Source of the DNA: Haliotis rubra | Taxonomy: Eukaryota | DNA length: 64,000 bases | Reading direction: 5' to 3' | Assembly: GCF_003918875.1 (NCBI RefSeq) | Contig: NW_025767028.1 | Span: forward strand, 930,001 to 994,000 | In this document: one piece after another, positions 13,103-26,232 of the stretch | Numbering within the stretch: position 1 is the stretch's first letter | Layout: each line of letters opens with the position of its first letter | Notes under the pieces: generated by a model | Databases searched by the model: none | The model's input: only the letters and a program-made list of their open reading frames with translations | What the model was told of the DNA's origin: nothing | Program-made: the position numbers and the translations under genes

Positions 13103-14491
13103 AGCGAGATACCTATATTATTAGCGAGATACCTATATCATCAGCGAGATACCTATGTCATCAGCGAGATACCTACATCATCAGCGAGATACCTATATCA
13201 TCAGCGAGATACCTATATCATCAGCGAGATACCTATATCATCAGCGAGAGACCTATATCATCAGCGCGATACCGTTATCATCAGCGAGATACCTATGTCA
13301 TCAGCGAGATACCTATATCATCAGCGAGATACTCATATCATCGAGATACCTATATCATCATCATCGAGATACCTATATCATCGAGATACCTATATCATCA
13401 GCGAGATACCAATATCATCAGCGAAATACCTATATCATCAGCGAGATACCTAAATCATCGCGATACCTATATCATCAGCGAGATACCTATATCATCAGCG
13501 AGATACCTATATCATCACCGAGATACCTATATCATCACCGAGATACCTATCATCAGCGAGCTCGAGATACATATATCATCAGCGAGATACCTATATCATC
13601 AGCGAAATACCTGCATTATCAGCAAGATACTTATATCATCGAGAAACCTGTATTATCATCGAGAAACCTATATCATCGAGATACCTATATCATCATCATC
13701 GAGATATCTATATCATCGAGATACATATATCATCAGCGAGATACCTATATCATCAGCGAGATACCTATATCATCGAGATATCTATATCATCGAGATACCT
13801 ATATCATCAGCGAGATACCTATATCATCAGCGAGATACCCATATCATCAGCGAGATACCTATATCATCAGCGAGATACCTATATCATCGAGATACCTATA
13901 TCATCAGTGAGATACCTATATCATCAGCGAGATACCTACATCATCAGCGAGATACCCATATCATCAGCGAGATACCTATATTATCAGCGAGATACTTATA
14001 TCATCAGCCAGATACTTATATCATCGAGGTATCTGTATCATCATCATCGAGATACCTATATCATCGACATACATATATCATCAGCGAGATACCTATGTCA
14101 TCAGCGAGATACCTATATCATCAGTGAGATACCTATATCATCAGCGAAATACCTATATTATCAGCGAGATACCTATATCATCACCGAGATACCTATATCA
14201 TCACCGAGATACCTATGTCATCAGCGAGACACCTATATCATCATCAAGATACATATATCATCAGCGAGATACTTATATCATCAGCGAGATACCTATATCA
14301 TCGAGATACCTTTATCATCATCGAGATACCTATATCATCATCGATATACCTACATTATCAGCGAGATACCTATATCATCAGCGAGATACCTATATCATCG
14401 AGATACCTATATCATCAGCGAGATACCTATATCATCAGCGAGATACCTACATCATCAGCGAGATACCCATATTATCAGCGAGATACCTATG
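13103..14491. repeat. 20-bp minisatellite (cagcgagatacctatatcat)
   Basis: Visible periodicity. Confidence 0.95.
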
Positions 14492-14562
14492 TTATCCATT
14501 CCCACGCTTGAGTGATGCTGCATGACACCACCGTACACCGAATACACAAAAGAAGATCTACC

Positions 14563-14835
14563 CATTGTGATGTTTGTGTCAACCATTGTGATTTTTCAAT
14601 GTCAACCATTTCAATATTTCTGTGTCATCCATTGTGACGTTTTGTGTCAACCATTGTAATATTTCTTTGTCAACGATTGTGACGTTTTTTGTGTCAACCG
14701 TTGTGATGTTTCTCTGTCAACCATTGTGATATTTCTGTGGCAACCAGTGATATTTCTGAGTCAAACAGTGTTATATTTCTTTGTCAACCACTAAATGTTT
14801 CCATGGCAATCATTCTGGTGTTTCCGTGTCAACAA
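14563..14835. repeat. Degenerate ~21-bp repeat (tgtcaaccattgtgatatttc)
   Basis: Visible periodicity. Confidence 0.75.
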
Positions 14836-15005
14836 TTGCGTTTTTTTAAATCTGCCCTTTCATTAAGAATGAGTCAAAACCAAGAGGACGTGAAATGTCA
14901 AGGACATGAGATGTTCCGTGGTCTGCAGATTGTTGGTTTCTACATACAGGCCTGTATAATCACTCAGCATTAGTAAATATGCCACCATCGTATTAGACTA
15001 ATGCT

Positions 15006-15638
15006 TAGTCTCTGAATATATATAATTTTGATAGTAACAAACAAGTCCATTTAAATTGAAAAGGAGCCCCAGGGAGACCAGAGATTCAGAGACTAAGAAC
15101 ATCTGCATTGGGGCTACACGTGCTGGGGTCATTACCAATTAGAAGTCACATCATACAACCATCAGATAACGGTATAAGTGACAGGCATATTTATTGACCC
15201 TCTGGTTAAGCCCTGTCCATCTCTATGCTGTCATCACCTCATGTGAGTCAGTCAAGCCCCCCTACTGCCTAACAGTTTACAGTTTGGAAACTTGCAGCCC
15301 ACAATGTCACTTAAAGACTAGATGACCAAAGTGCAAGATCTATCTGGAACACCAACAAAATTATTTATGAATTTGAACTTAACTCAAAATTCAAAAGTTT
15401 TCATTTGTATAATATGAGAAGAGGATATAGACAAACCCCTTTTTTGAAACAAACTGTTCAATGGAAGTAAAAAGACGAGCCTCTGTCGTATGCTTGAAGA
15501 TGTTCTGGATATTTCTTGACACATGTCATCGTATCCTGAACCTGAGGAATCTAGACTTGCTTTATTGAGAGCTTTGGCACTGCAGAGAGGCTTGGCAGTA
15601 GGGAAAATAGTGTGGTTCAGGGACTGTGAGACAGACTA
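15006..15638 (-). mobile_element. Non-autonomous element with TAGTCT..AGACTA ends (Academ-like?)
   Basis: Both ends are the reverse complement of the shorter copy at 49282-49473. Confidence 0.55.
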
Positions 15639-16799
15639 GCATCGTATCTGTGGAAGTGCTCAGCCTTCAACAAACAACGGAGAGAGTGGAGTGAATTAAA
15701 CAGCGCAACCTGCCATGACGATTTTAATCGATCATGATGGTTGGTTTGTCGGCCCGCAGGCTTCAGATAAGGGCCGTATCGGCGTATGTACGGATACAAA
15801 AAATATGCATGAAACGGTAAGAAATAATTTAGAAAACGTAGCAGATACGCACCACAGCAATGGTGTACGGTCTTAGAATCATTTACAGACGTATTTATCT
15901 GAAAAAGTATTGTTTTATTGTTCATTGACCTGTTTACACAAGAGTTCCAATGTTGTGGTGCATATATGAAACGAAATACAAGATTACTGATACTCCATTA
16001 AATTCCATTCAGTACCCTAAATGTACACTTAGGTTTTCCAGTACTCCTGTGTTGGAGTACGTACTCCAGACGTTATCTGGAGCCCTGCGGCGCGTGTTAG
16101 ATCTCGATGGTTTTACGAACGGTAAAGGTGGGTGACACTATAGCTTTAGGTTTGTTATGTTTCCAAAGGTTCATATTACTGAAGGTCATGTGAGCTACTC
16201 GAAAAACATTCATCTTAATCATTTTTGACATTGCATAACTCTTTGTTTTACTTCTGATAACATCGTCTTCCGTTATCTGTTCCTCAGTATCCATGCTTGA
16301 GGGGACACACGTGCTGCCTCGTTATCACATGACTCACCTGGTTTAAACAATAACCGTCATCTGGATGATCTGTAAATATTATAAACGGGCAGGACACACG
16401 CGATAAGGGGTCATCTCCTGGTCAAGACTGTCCTCCTCGGGGCACCAGCTATCACACGTGACCATCAATTACCCAGTGAGCCCCGATGGTGCGTGTGTAC
16501 GACAACAGCAGGTGCTTGGTATATGTGGCGGTGTCTGTGCCAGCACAGGACAGGGAACGGCAACCGTGACACCATCTCAGTTGTCACCTGAGGACGTGTT
16601 ATAATGTGTCTCTTATGACGCTATGCGCAAGAAAAACAGCTTTGAAAAGTGACTGTCAGAGACTTCGGAGCCCAAATCTAATGCTCCCCTCACCCAACAT
16701 GTAACCATGAAGGTTCTCTATTGGCGCACAGGGCTTGTATTGCTGAAGAATATACGTCCTAGGTCTGACACTCGTTCACTGACTGTCATCTGCATACAT

Positions 16800-18170
16800 A
16801 TAGTGGTTGAAATAAACTACAATGAACAACTATCTCAGATTGAAAGGCAAATGAACATGTGGTCAGCTTGTACCATAACCCTGTATGGAAGAAATACTGT
16901 TCTTAAATCACTTCTACTACCTAAGCTTGACCACCTATTCTCAGCTCTACAAAAAGTGTTTAACTTCATATGATAAAAACAGACCTGATAAGATTGAGAG
17001 ATGTAATTATGCTAAATCCGGAGCATGTTTGCGTGTGTGTGTGCGGGTGCGTGCGTGCGTGTGTGTGTGGAAACTTCAAACAATAGAAAAAGAATAAGTG
17101 GCCATAACGTAACTCGAGTGGACGTTTCTCTGTACCAGTCAATTCTATAATCAGGACTCCACTTTTGCTTACGGATAGTTGATGCATACAAAATGCAACA
17201 ATTTTCCTCAACTAACTGCTTTTGGAAAGACATACTTTAAGAATGGTCAAACTATATATCCATGCGTAAAAGATAAATTGCAAATGAAGAAGAGATACAA
17301 TGCTAATCCTTATGGAACAACGACAATATTAGAATTGATAATCATCTCTATCTGCATCTTGAATGGTATAAACAAGGTGTTGTTTTGTGAATGATTTGCT
17401 TCAATGAAGAAGGCAGACTGTTTACATATGAAGAATTGTCCAATACGTTCAATAAAACTTTTTTTAACGTATTTTTTGAATCGGTGAAATGAGTCATTAT
17501 GACATATGCTCGAATACTGGACATAAAGCAGTTTAAAAAGAAATTATGCGTTCCCAATTTATCCCTTTAATTTCTTAAGAATTAATACTATAAATGGGAG
17601 TAAAACTCTATATGCCTCCCTCTTGAACGCAAAATTTATTCCCTTTCCAGGCTTTTCCAAATGGGAAAGAGTTATACAGAGTGATTTTACTGAAAATGAC
17701 TGGAAATGTTTTTACATTATCATGATTATTGCAAATATACATGTTCGCGAAACATAGACTTGGAATGGTTCCGATATAGAATTATTCACAATGTCCTCCC
17801 AACAAGACGATTACTTTATAAAATGGGATATACATCTTCAATAAAATATTGAATATATATCGGTCTTTAAATTATGGAAAGAAATAGAATCATGGCTGAA
17901 CTCAGTATAGTTACAACTGGAATTTACAAATATATTTTGTCCGTCACTATGACATATCAAGATATGTTGGTTTTTTTCTCCTATCAACGGGAACTGAGCA
18001 ATTTATTTTTTTTCAATATTGGTCAATTTGACATGTATTGCTTGGAAAACACTCCTGACTACAACCTAAGTGGAATGTATCAGCCAATTGTACATTGTAT
18101 ACATGTACCATTGTATTATCCTGACTCTTTTCTATACATGTTTGCCTGTACCTGAAATATCGAAAATAAA
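16800..18170 (+). mobile_element. Degenerate L1/Tx1-clade LINE ORF2 3' relic
   Basis: WSACTITLYGRNTVLKSLLLPKLDHLFSAL and WFRYRIIHNVLPTRRLLYKMG peptides; many stops and frameshifts. Confidence 0.7.
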
Positions 18171-18939
18171 AAAATGTATTATTTTCTACAATACAAGCCC
18201 TGTGTATTGGCATGGGTGAAGGCATATTTTTGTTTGGATGCTTCGATGAAACTGGTGCAATCGTTCGATGAAAGATGGTCCAATCGCCCTGGACCATTAT
18301 ATCGTTGATGTTCATTATCCACTGTACCACGGTGTCATATCCCAATTGCGTAGATCGATGTTCATGCTGTTGATCCCTGGACTGTCTGATCCAGACCCGA
18401 TTATTTACAGACCCCCGCTATATATCCTGAATATTGCGTGGGGCGTAAAACTAAAGTCACTCACTCAGTGTACCACGTGGGCGCTCTTCCCTCTTACTGT
18501 AGCATGTCTCTTGAGACGTCGTCGCCTACTTCTTTCTTACTTTCCCGTTGTTCGGTTCGCTAGAGTATGAGTTTATGTTGTCAAATTGGCAAGTAAATCA
18601 CGGTAAAACACTGCAAGCCTGACTGGCTGGTTGTTGAAGGTATTGTTGGATGAAAGCATTGGAATCCTGAGTACCTGTGAATCCACGTGGGCAGCCCGGA
18701 TCCTCGGACAGGTTGATACGCCACGGGGCGATACGTTGATACGCCATATTATTAAAACCAATAAATTCACCCAAATCGATATGTGAAGTGTTTACACACA
18801 GATAGCACACATGTACAGACAGACAGGGGTCAGGGGGTCAGGGGTCAGGGGGGGGCCGTGCCGTTAGCGGCCGGCAACTCGCTTTCATTGGGTGTTCTTG
18901 TAGCAATACGGCAGCCACACTTCATTTTGATGATTGGTC

Positions 18940-19160
18940 GACCCGTGAACATTCGGGATAGAACTGATCTTCAGCAACCCATGCTTGTCGGAATATACCC
19001 AGACTCACTAACTTGGTTGACACATGTCATCGTATCCCAATTGCGTAGATCGATGTTCATGATGTTGAACACTGTTTTGCCTGGTCCAGACTCAATTATC
19101 TACAGACCGCCGCCACATAGCTGCAAAACTGCTGAGTGCGGCGCTAGGCACTGATCAATC
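18940..19160 (+). mobile_element. Retroposon family A, internally deleted (another partial copy at 18320-18465)
   Basis: Starts gacccgtgaa; homologous to the other copies. Confidence 0.7.
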
Positions 19161-19164
19161 AATT

Positions 19165-20043
19165 AGTGAGTGAGTGAATGAGTATGGTTTTGTGCCGCTC
19201 TGAGCAATATTCCAGCAATATCACGGCGGGGGCCACCAGAAAGGGGCTTCACACAGTGTATCAATGTGGGAAATCGAACCCTGGTCTTCGGCGTGACGAG
19301 CCAACGCTTTAACCATTAGGCTACCCCACCGCCCCAGGGACAAAAGGACTGACAGGGCAATTTCTTTAAAACAATCCTCATGTCACTAGACTACCACAGC
19401 GCCCCTAATCAATCTACGCTGGTTCGAGGCGACTAACGGGGTTGGGTGATGAGACTCAGATACTAGGGTAACCTAGTGGTTAAAGTGTTCGCTCGTGACG
19501 CAGACGACCCGGGTTCGATGCCCACATGGGTACAATGGGTGAAGCCTCTTTCTGGTGTGCCCCGAGGTGATATTGCTGGAATATTGCGGTGTAAAACAAA
19601 ACTCACTCACTCACTTAGATACTTGGTTGATGCATTTAATCATTTTGTAATGCGAAGACCAATGCTCATGATGTCCATCACTGGATTGTCGGATTCAGAC
19701 TATCAGAGATAGAAGAGTGTTGAGTAAGACAATAACCACACCAGCAAAGTCATTTTCGATAAAAGGGTCAAACTGTAATATTATTTCTCTTCTGAAATAT
19801 AATTTAAGATATATATTTAGCTCCTCTGGAAACTGGGTCATGTTGTTGTTTTGAGGAGTGAATCATGCAAAGAGTGAGTGAGTGAGTGAGTATGGTTTTA
19901 CGCCGCTTTTAGCAATATTTCTAGCAACATCACGGCGGGTGACACCAGAAATTGGCTTTACACAATGTACCATGTGGGGATTCGAACCCGGGTCATCGGC
20001 GTGGGAAGCGAACGCTTTAAACACTAGGCTACCCCACCGTCCC
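19165..20043. mobile_element. Cluster of three tRNA-derived SINEs, family B (19165-19337 -, 19465-19612 +, 19873-20043 -)
   Basis: tRNA-Asp-like head with A box (TAGCCTAGTGG) and B box (GGTTCGATTCC); (CACT)n tail. Confidence 0.85.
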
Positions 20044-21551
20044 TGAATTATGCATAGAGATATGCAACGTATGACATCATCTCGAAGTTAAAGCCGCCAT
20101 ACTATTCTGCTTGTCAACGATCAGCCAGCTCCCGTGGAACGTGCGTCACAGTGACGTCAGGTGTCACATACCAATAGAACGGTGCCGGGGACATTATCGC
20201 CATCTTACATTCTCCAGCATGTGGGTATTAACTCGATTCATGGCGGCTGGACATGCGCACAACGGTAACAATCAGTGTGCCCCTGAGCATCGTTGTGTGA
20301 CTTGAGAAATCTCTGTTTGTGTAAAATGTATAAGTATTGTCTAAAATAACTTCATACCAACAAAGAAAGAAACAAATAAAAATGCAACAACATATAAATC
20401 GAAAACACAGCTCTTGAAAGTTCTTGAGAGGCATTTAGAAGTTGGACGAACATGAAAAATACATGACACGCTTTATAGAGAAAAAGTTCTTGCTGTTCTT
20501 TGTACGACGTTTCAGAGGTAACTCTTGTCCGTTCATCAGGTGAATGCTGAACAATTAGTATCCCAAACTCTTCTCCTGGAGGTTGTTATGCATTAGGAAC
20601 GCACTATGGTTGAGGAAAACAGTATACTTTTGATTGTGTGAATGTTTCGAGATTGTTTTCTTCCACCAAACGTCAGGCAGGGTAACATCAAGTACCATAT
20701 TTTAATGCATTTTGGTATGAAAGAGACAAAGAGACAATTTATGTGCTTTCACATTTGAAACATGTTCAGTTTAAATGTAAGCTGGAAATGTCAAGATACA
20801 CATAATTGTCACCAAGCATTTGTCAGAAACCCTGATGAAGAGTGAACGCGCCTTAAATTCAATAAAACAGGTGAAGGATCAGTCACATATATAATCATTT
20901 ATTTGCCGGTATTTGTTACAATGTTACTAATGTCTTTGAGTGGATACTCGTCATTCGCTGTTACAACTTGTTGCGGGGCATGGCAGAGCTACCTCCCTTG
21001 CTGTGGAACGGCTTGAGAGGGCTGAATCCCACGATAGTAGGTGTCTCCCAGAAAACATGTCTGGTCAATATCTTTTACATGTACCACAGCCTTTCGAATA
21101 TACTATAAAACATAGATAGCATATTTTCATGAAGATTTTAAGCAAACGTTAAAAACTGCAAAACTGAATGTTGCATGACATAGACAAACATAATGGATAG
21201 CAACTTCTTTGTTTCTTTATTTCGTGAATGTAACGTTTGTATACTACATTATTGTACAGTTATATCGGATCTGCATCGAAACATTGCCCTCACGAAACTA
21301 ACAAGTTTGCATCCACAAAGTTTGTCTTTATTGTAGCTTCCTGCTTCTAGGAAGTGAATGTTGCATTGTGGGAAGGGACATGTCTTTATCTGTGTAGAGG
21401 CTTAAACCCGATTTAACGTGGAGAACAGGGTAATGGAGTGAATAATCAGTATAACGAAGCGAATATAATCAGTTACAGCAAGGCGAATAGTCAGTTATAA
21501 CGATGCAAGAATAACTTCTTCAAGAGGTATTTTAGAAGTTGTATAGATGAA

Positions 21552-21712
21552 GGAAAACCAAGTTCTATAGATAGTCAACTTCTATATTGCAAAAAGTTCG
21601 ACGTTTAACGGAAAACTTTGTATCACTTGCTTGATAACGGTGTTAGTACCTACGTTGAAACGTTGCACTCATTGCTATAAATAAGCTGACTATCCATATA
21701 ACTTGGGTTTCC
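21552..21712. mobile_element. Diverged inverted Penelope-like terminal relic
   Basis: Imperfect inverted repeat 21552-21606 / 21658-21712 with a UUGAUAA..GAAACGUU motif. Confidence 0.5.
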
Positions 21713-21724
21713 TTGATTCGAGAA

Positions 21725-22370
21725 TAGCCTGTTATAACGATGCGAGAACATTCCGTTATAACAAAATGAGAGTAGCCTGTTATAACAAGTGAAAACATTC
21801 GGTTATAACAAAATGAAAGTAGTCGGTTATAACAAAGTGAAAGTAGTCAGTTACAACAAAATGAAAGTAGTTGGTTATAACAAGTGAAAGTTGTCAGTTA
21901 TAACAGAGCGAAAGTAGTCGGTTATAACAAAGTGAAAGTATTCCGTATAACAGAGTGAAGGTAGTCGGTATAACAAGTGAACGTATTCCGTTATTACAAA
22001 GGGAAACTAATCGGTTATAACAAAGTGAAAGTAGTCAGTTATAACAAAGGGAAAGTAGTCATTATAAGAAAGTGAAAGCAGTCGCTTATTACAAAGTGAA
22101 AGTAATCGGTTATAACAAAGTGAAAATAGTCCGTTATAACAAAGTGAAACTAGTCCGTTATAACGAAGTGAAAGTAGTTATAACAACGTGAAAGTACTCC
22201 GTTACAACAAAGCGAAAATAGTCCGTTACAGCAAAGCGAAAATGGTCCGTTACAGCAAAGCGAATAGTCAGTTATAGCGGGCGAAATAGACAGTGACACG
22301 AATAGTGAGTCTCATCGATGATAGAATGTCAGCTATAAGGAGCGTAAAATGGTCCGTTATAACGAAGCGA
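21725..22370. repeat. Degenerate ~24-bp repeat (gttataacaaagtgaaagtagtc)
   Basis: Visible periodicity. Confidence 0.85.
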
Positions 22371-22480
22371 AATTAATATGGCGAAACTAAATGCGTACGT
22401 GTGGGAATGAACCATTGGAGTTCGATATAATGGGTCAACACAGTGACCCAGCCTTTCCCATATTGTTACCAACGCATTTC

Positions 22481-22486
22481 TTTATT
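22481..22486 (-). terminator. Polyadenylation signal of the membrane-protein gene
   Basis: AATAAA on the minus strand about 67 nt after the stop. Confidence 0.5.
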
Positions 22487-22552
22487 GGTTGAAATGAACA
22501 CAAAGTCGCTGAGAGTGATGACATGATCTAGGCAGGAGGGGTGCACGTGAGC

Positions 22553-22646
22553 TTAAACCCTGGCCAGCCCGCTGCTTTCTGTGAGGTATCTCCTGTAAGC
22601 GTTGTACAGCTTCATGAAGTTCTGTGGGTTGGTGATGTTGAATTCT
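22553..22646 (-). CDS. Membrane-protein gene, terminal exon (EFNITNPQNFMKLYNAYRRYLTESSGLARV*)
   Basis: tttctttcAG acceptor, phase 2, TAA at 22555-22553. Confidence 0.8.
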
Positions 22647-23211
22647 CTGAAAGAAACCCAAGGTGTATGAAGCGACATATACGNNNNNNNNNNNNNNNNN
22701 NNNNNNNNNNNNNNNNNNNNNNNNNNNNNNNNNNNNNNNNNNNNNNNNNNNNNNNNNNNNNNNNNNNNNNNNNNNNNNNNNNNNNNNNNNNNNNNNNNNN
22801 NNNNNNNNNNNNNNNNNNNNNNNNNNNNNNNNNNNNNNCTGGTGTGTGTGAGAGAGTGTGTGTGTTGGAGCGTGTGTGTGAGAGAGTGTGTGCTGTTGTG
22901 TGTTTGTGTGTGAGAGTGTGCGTGCTGGTGTGTGTGTGTGCATGCGCGCTGGTGTGTGTGTGTGTGAGAGAGAGAGAGAGCTCGTATGTGCTATCGCTTT
23001 TACGGAATCAGCATACTTATTCATTGTTTTCATTTACAGGGCAAATTGTGTGAATCTCAAGTCACGATAGCGTGTTATTAATTCACTACTGACCTGACGG
23101 GAACTTGCATATAAGTTATATTCAGACCGACAGCTGGGACGTACACACTATATTCAATCCTTACACTAACACGGCCTATTGCCAGCACGTTCAACCTTCT
23201 ACATATCTCAC

Positions 23212-24429
23212 CTCTGTACCTCCCTCTGGAACAGATAGTCTCCAGTACCTCCAGTCATGCCTCGTCCGAGCTTCCCAGTAGACACTGTAGCCACGCCCCC
23301 TCCTCCACCAGAACTCGACATCATCGACATGGCTCCTCCCCCTCCAGAGCTTGACATCATGGCTCCTCCCCCTCCAGAGCTTGACATCATGGCTCCTCCC
23401 CCTCCAGAGCTTGACATCATGACCCCTTCCCCTCCAGAGCTTGACATCATGGCTCCTCCACCTCCAGAGCTTGACATCATGGCCCCTTCCCCTCCAGAGC
23501 TTGGTATCATGGCTCCTCCCCTCGGGACATGGTGCCGCCTCCTACGGCACTAGTTATCAAGCCGGAACCACCGGAATTTGACATCTTTCCACCAGAGCTC
23601 GACCTCATTGAACTGCGGACTTCGGATCTCGACGTTGTATTAGCACCTCCTCCAGAACTCGACATCACAGAGCCCAGTCCGCCAGCATTTGACAGTATGT
23701 TCATGCCACTTCCCCCTCCAGTAGTCTTGATGACGATTCTGCGAGTGGAACCAGATCCTGAAGAGCCTTGTCCACCAGTTGCCAAGAATTGTCTCCCCTT
23801 TGTTCCTCGAATCGAGAGATTTCTGCCCTCCATCATGTTCGAAGAGATTTGACTTTCTTCCGCGAGATTGGACATGAATCTCTCTGTTCCGCCGGAGATT
23901 GTCTGCCTCCCAAGTGTACCACTTGATAATTGTCGAAGGTGTGTGCCACCTGACGCTGTTTGTCTCCCTTTAATTGACAGTTGTCTGCCACCAGAGGCCG
24001 CTCCAAAACCTGTTATTCCTTGGATCATATCCAACAACCTTGACCCAAGCCCACCGGAAGTGTTATAGCTTGTTGTTGTTGACCTTGTTGTGTTCTTGTT
24101 GCCGGCTTTGTCAAACGTCGTTGTGGTTCTCTGATTTGTTTCCTTCACAACCTGAATCTTCTTCAGTTTTCCCATGCTTCCTGTGTCCAGGGCAACTCTC
24201 CTCAGGGTTCCACCACTAACAAGAGCGGACGATTCGTCATGTTTTCTCCGAACCAGGGTAGTGGAGGTTGTATCCCCTCCGTGACTATATCCGCCAGACC
24301 TGTCATAGGAACTGTTATTTTCCGCCACAGAGGTCATCACCCTTGACTCCTGGCTGTTGAATCCCGAATCACCTGTTGCATCGTGCTTGGCGCTCCTGGA
24401 CATCGCGTCTCCATGGAAGAAGAAGTCCC
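23212..24429 (-). CDS. Membrane-protein gene, large Gly/Ser/Thr-rich exon with a 1-nt frameshift near 23520
   Basis: atttcAG acceptor, GTGAGA donor; joins ORFs 23507..24403 and 23208..23510; contains 30-bp coding repeats (MMSSSGGGGA). Confidence 0.8.
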
Positions 24430-24564
24430 CTGAAATGTTCCCTCATGTTACTGGATATTCCAATATCAAAGTATAGTATTCTACAATATAATTCCATCTT
24501 TCATCGATATCAGTGTTTCTTTTTATTGTGGGTTCGAACCCCGGTTAACCCTTTTGATTTTACG

Positions 24565-24931
24565 ATGGTTTAACTAGCCTGTTAATGTCTACATTATGGT
24601 TTAACCAGCCTGCTAATGTCTGAGAGCTGCACCCCGCCTATGTTATGGTTTAACCAGCCTGCTAATGTCTGAAAGCTGCATCCCGCTTACATTATGGTTT
24701 AACCAGTCTGCTAATGTCTGAGAGCTGCATCCCGCCTACATTATGGTTTAACCAGCCTGCTGATATCTGAGAGCTGCATCCTGTCTACATTATGGTTTAA
24801 CCAGCCTGCTGATATCTGAGAGCTGCATCCTGTCTACATTATGGTTTAACCAGGCTGCTAATGTCTGAGAGCTGCATCCCGTCTACATTATGGTTTAACC
24901 AGCCTTCTGATATCTGAGAGCTGCATCCCGT
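24565..24931. repeat. 49-bp intronic minisatellite, about 7 copies
   Basis: tggtttaaccagcctgctaatgtctgagagctgcatcccgcctacatta. Confidence 0.9.
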
Positions 24932-25014
24932 CAAATCAGAATACAACATTCTCATACAAGTTTAACTCCAGGATCTGCACAATGACACAGTGAGGCCTCT
25001 ACAAGAACACGCAC

Positions 25015-25274
25015 CTGTTGCATCTTCCACGCCACTGCTGACTCCACCTCCCCGCATCCTGGTCCCAGTGTGCTCCTCGGCCGACGACATCTTGTAGTAC
25101 CCCCCGCCATATCCTATACCTGACCCTGAGGCAAGTCCTTCTCCGCCAGATCGTCCCCCGCCTGAACCGAGCCCGCGTGACCCAGCACCGTATCCAAGTC
25201 CATCAGATGACATCCCGGCCCAGCCTCCCGTCTCCAGCTCCTTGATCTTGGCATCAAACTGGTCCTCGGGGATG
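25015..25274 (-). CDS. Membrane-protein gene exon (IPEDQFDAKIKELE...GVEDATG), Gly-rich
   Basis: tgtgtAG acceptor, CAG|GTGCGT donor, 260 nt, phase 2-1; lies in ORF 24962..25330. Confidence 0.8.
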
Positions 25275-25853
25275 CTACACATAAAACCATCGAGTGTCAA
25301 GGAGTGTTCGTTTGTCGTGTGGCACAACACTGAGTAATATCACAGCTATATGACGGAGGCATGTAAAGGATTGTTTTTGGACTAGATAATAGATAATACC
25401 AGGTTAAAATAGACGCTCTCGTGGACGATAAAGCAAATTCACGTTCCCGGGCCTGATCACTGCATCCTTTACTTAGGACCAGCACGTTGTGCCTATAGCT
25501 ATTCTAACAAAGAATAACTTTGATCTAACCATGTTAAGAATGGGCTTAAAGTTTGTACGACGTTCGAGGAGAATAGCTAGCCAGTTCCATAAGTGCCGAT
25601 TTCACCCGGGGCCGGGGCTGTAGCCCATGGCCAGTGGTTAAAGGGCTCGCGCGTCAGGCCGTTGGGCCGTGTTTCTATTGTAAAATAATTAACTGGCTTG
25701 ACATGACGCAGCTAGTCACGTTGTGAATTATGAAAGTTTGAGAAAAGAAAAGTTTTGATGATAATAAAAGCCAACAAAATAACGCATGCCGCTTCCCTGA
25801 CTAGTATATATGCCCATCACAATACAGCTTCCCTCTGTAGCCTAGTAGCCTAC

Positions 25854-25895
25854 CCTTTGAATGTGTCCAGCCATGCACGGGGAAGCTTGTAGTCT
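25854..25895 (-). CDS. Membrane-protein gene exon (DYKLPRAWLDTFKG)
   Basis: tgtttcAG acceptor, GTAGGC donor, 42 nt, phase 2-2. Confidence 0.75.
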
Positions 25896-26232
25896 CTGAA
25901 ACATGCCAGAAAACACATTAATGATACTTTGAAATGTTGAAGTATATAACATGATGGACATTATTACCTCGGATAACCCGAGCTGACTGTGAAGAGCTAG
26001 AAGGTCAATAGTTTTGGACCTATCACCATCGGGTACCCACTTTCTGCTGGGTGAATAGAGGCATTTACCTAAGATTAAATTTCATTTGTGACGTCGTTCC
26101 ATTGTCTGCTCGCTCCATTACGCAGAGGTTAATTTACATTTGTGACGTCATTCCATTGTTTGCTACGATGTGTACCAGTTTCAAATGTATGACTTCATTT
26201 TGTCATTTTGACATTTAATTTTGATAACACTA

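Noticed and set aside
11501-14525. Overlapping long ORFs in the G-rich and 20-bp arrays
   Set aside because: Stop-free by repeat composition; unit lengths vary out of frame.
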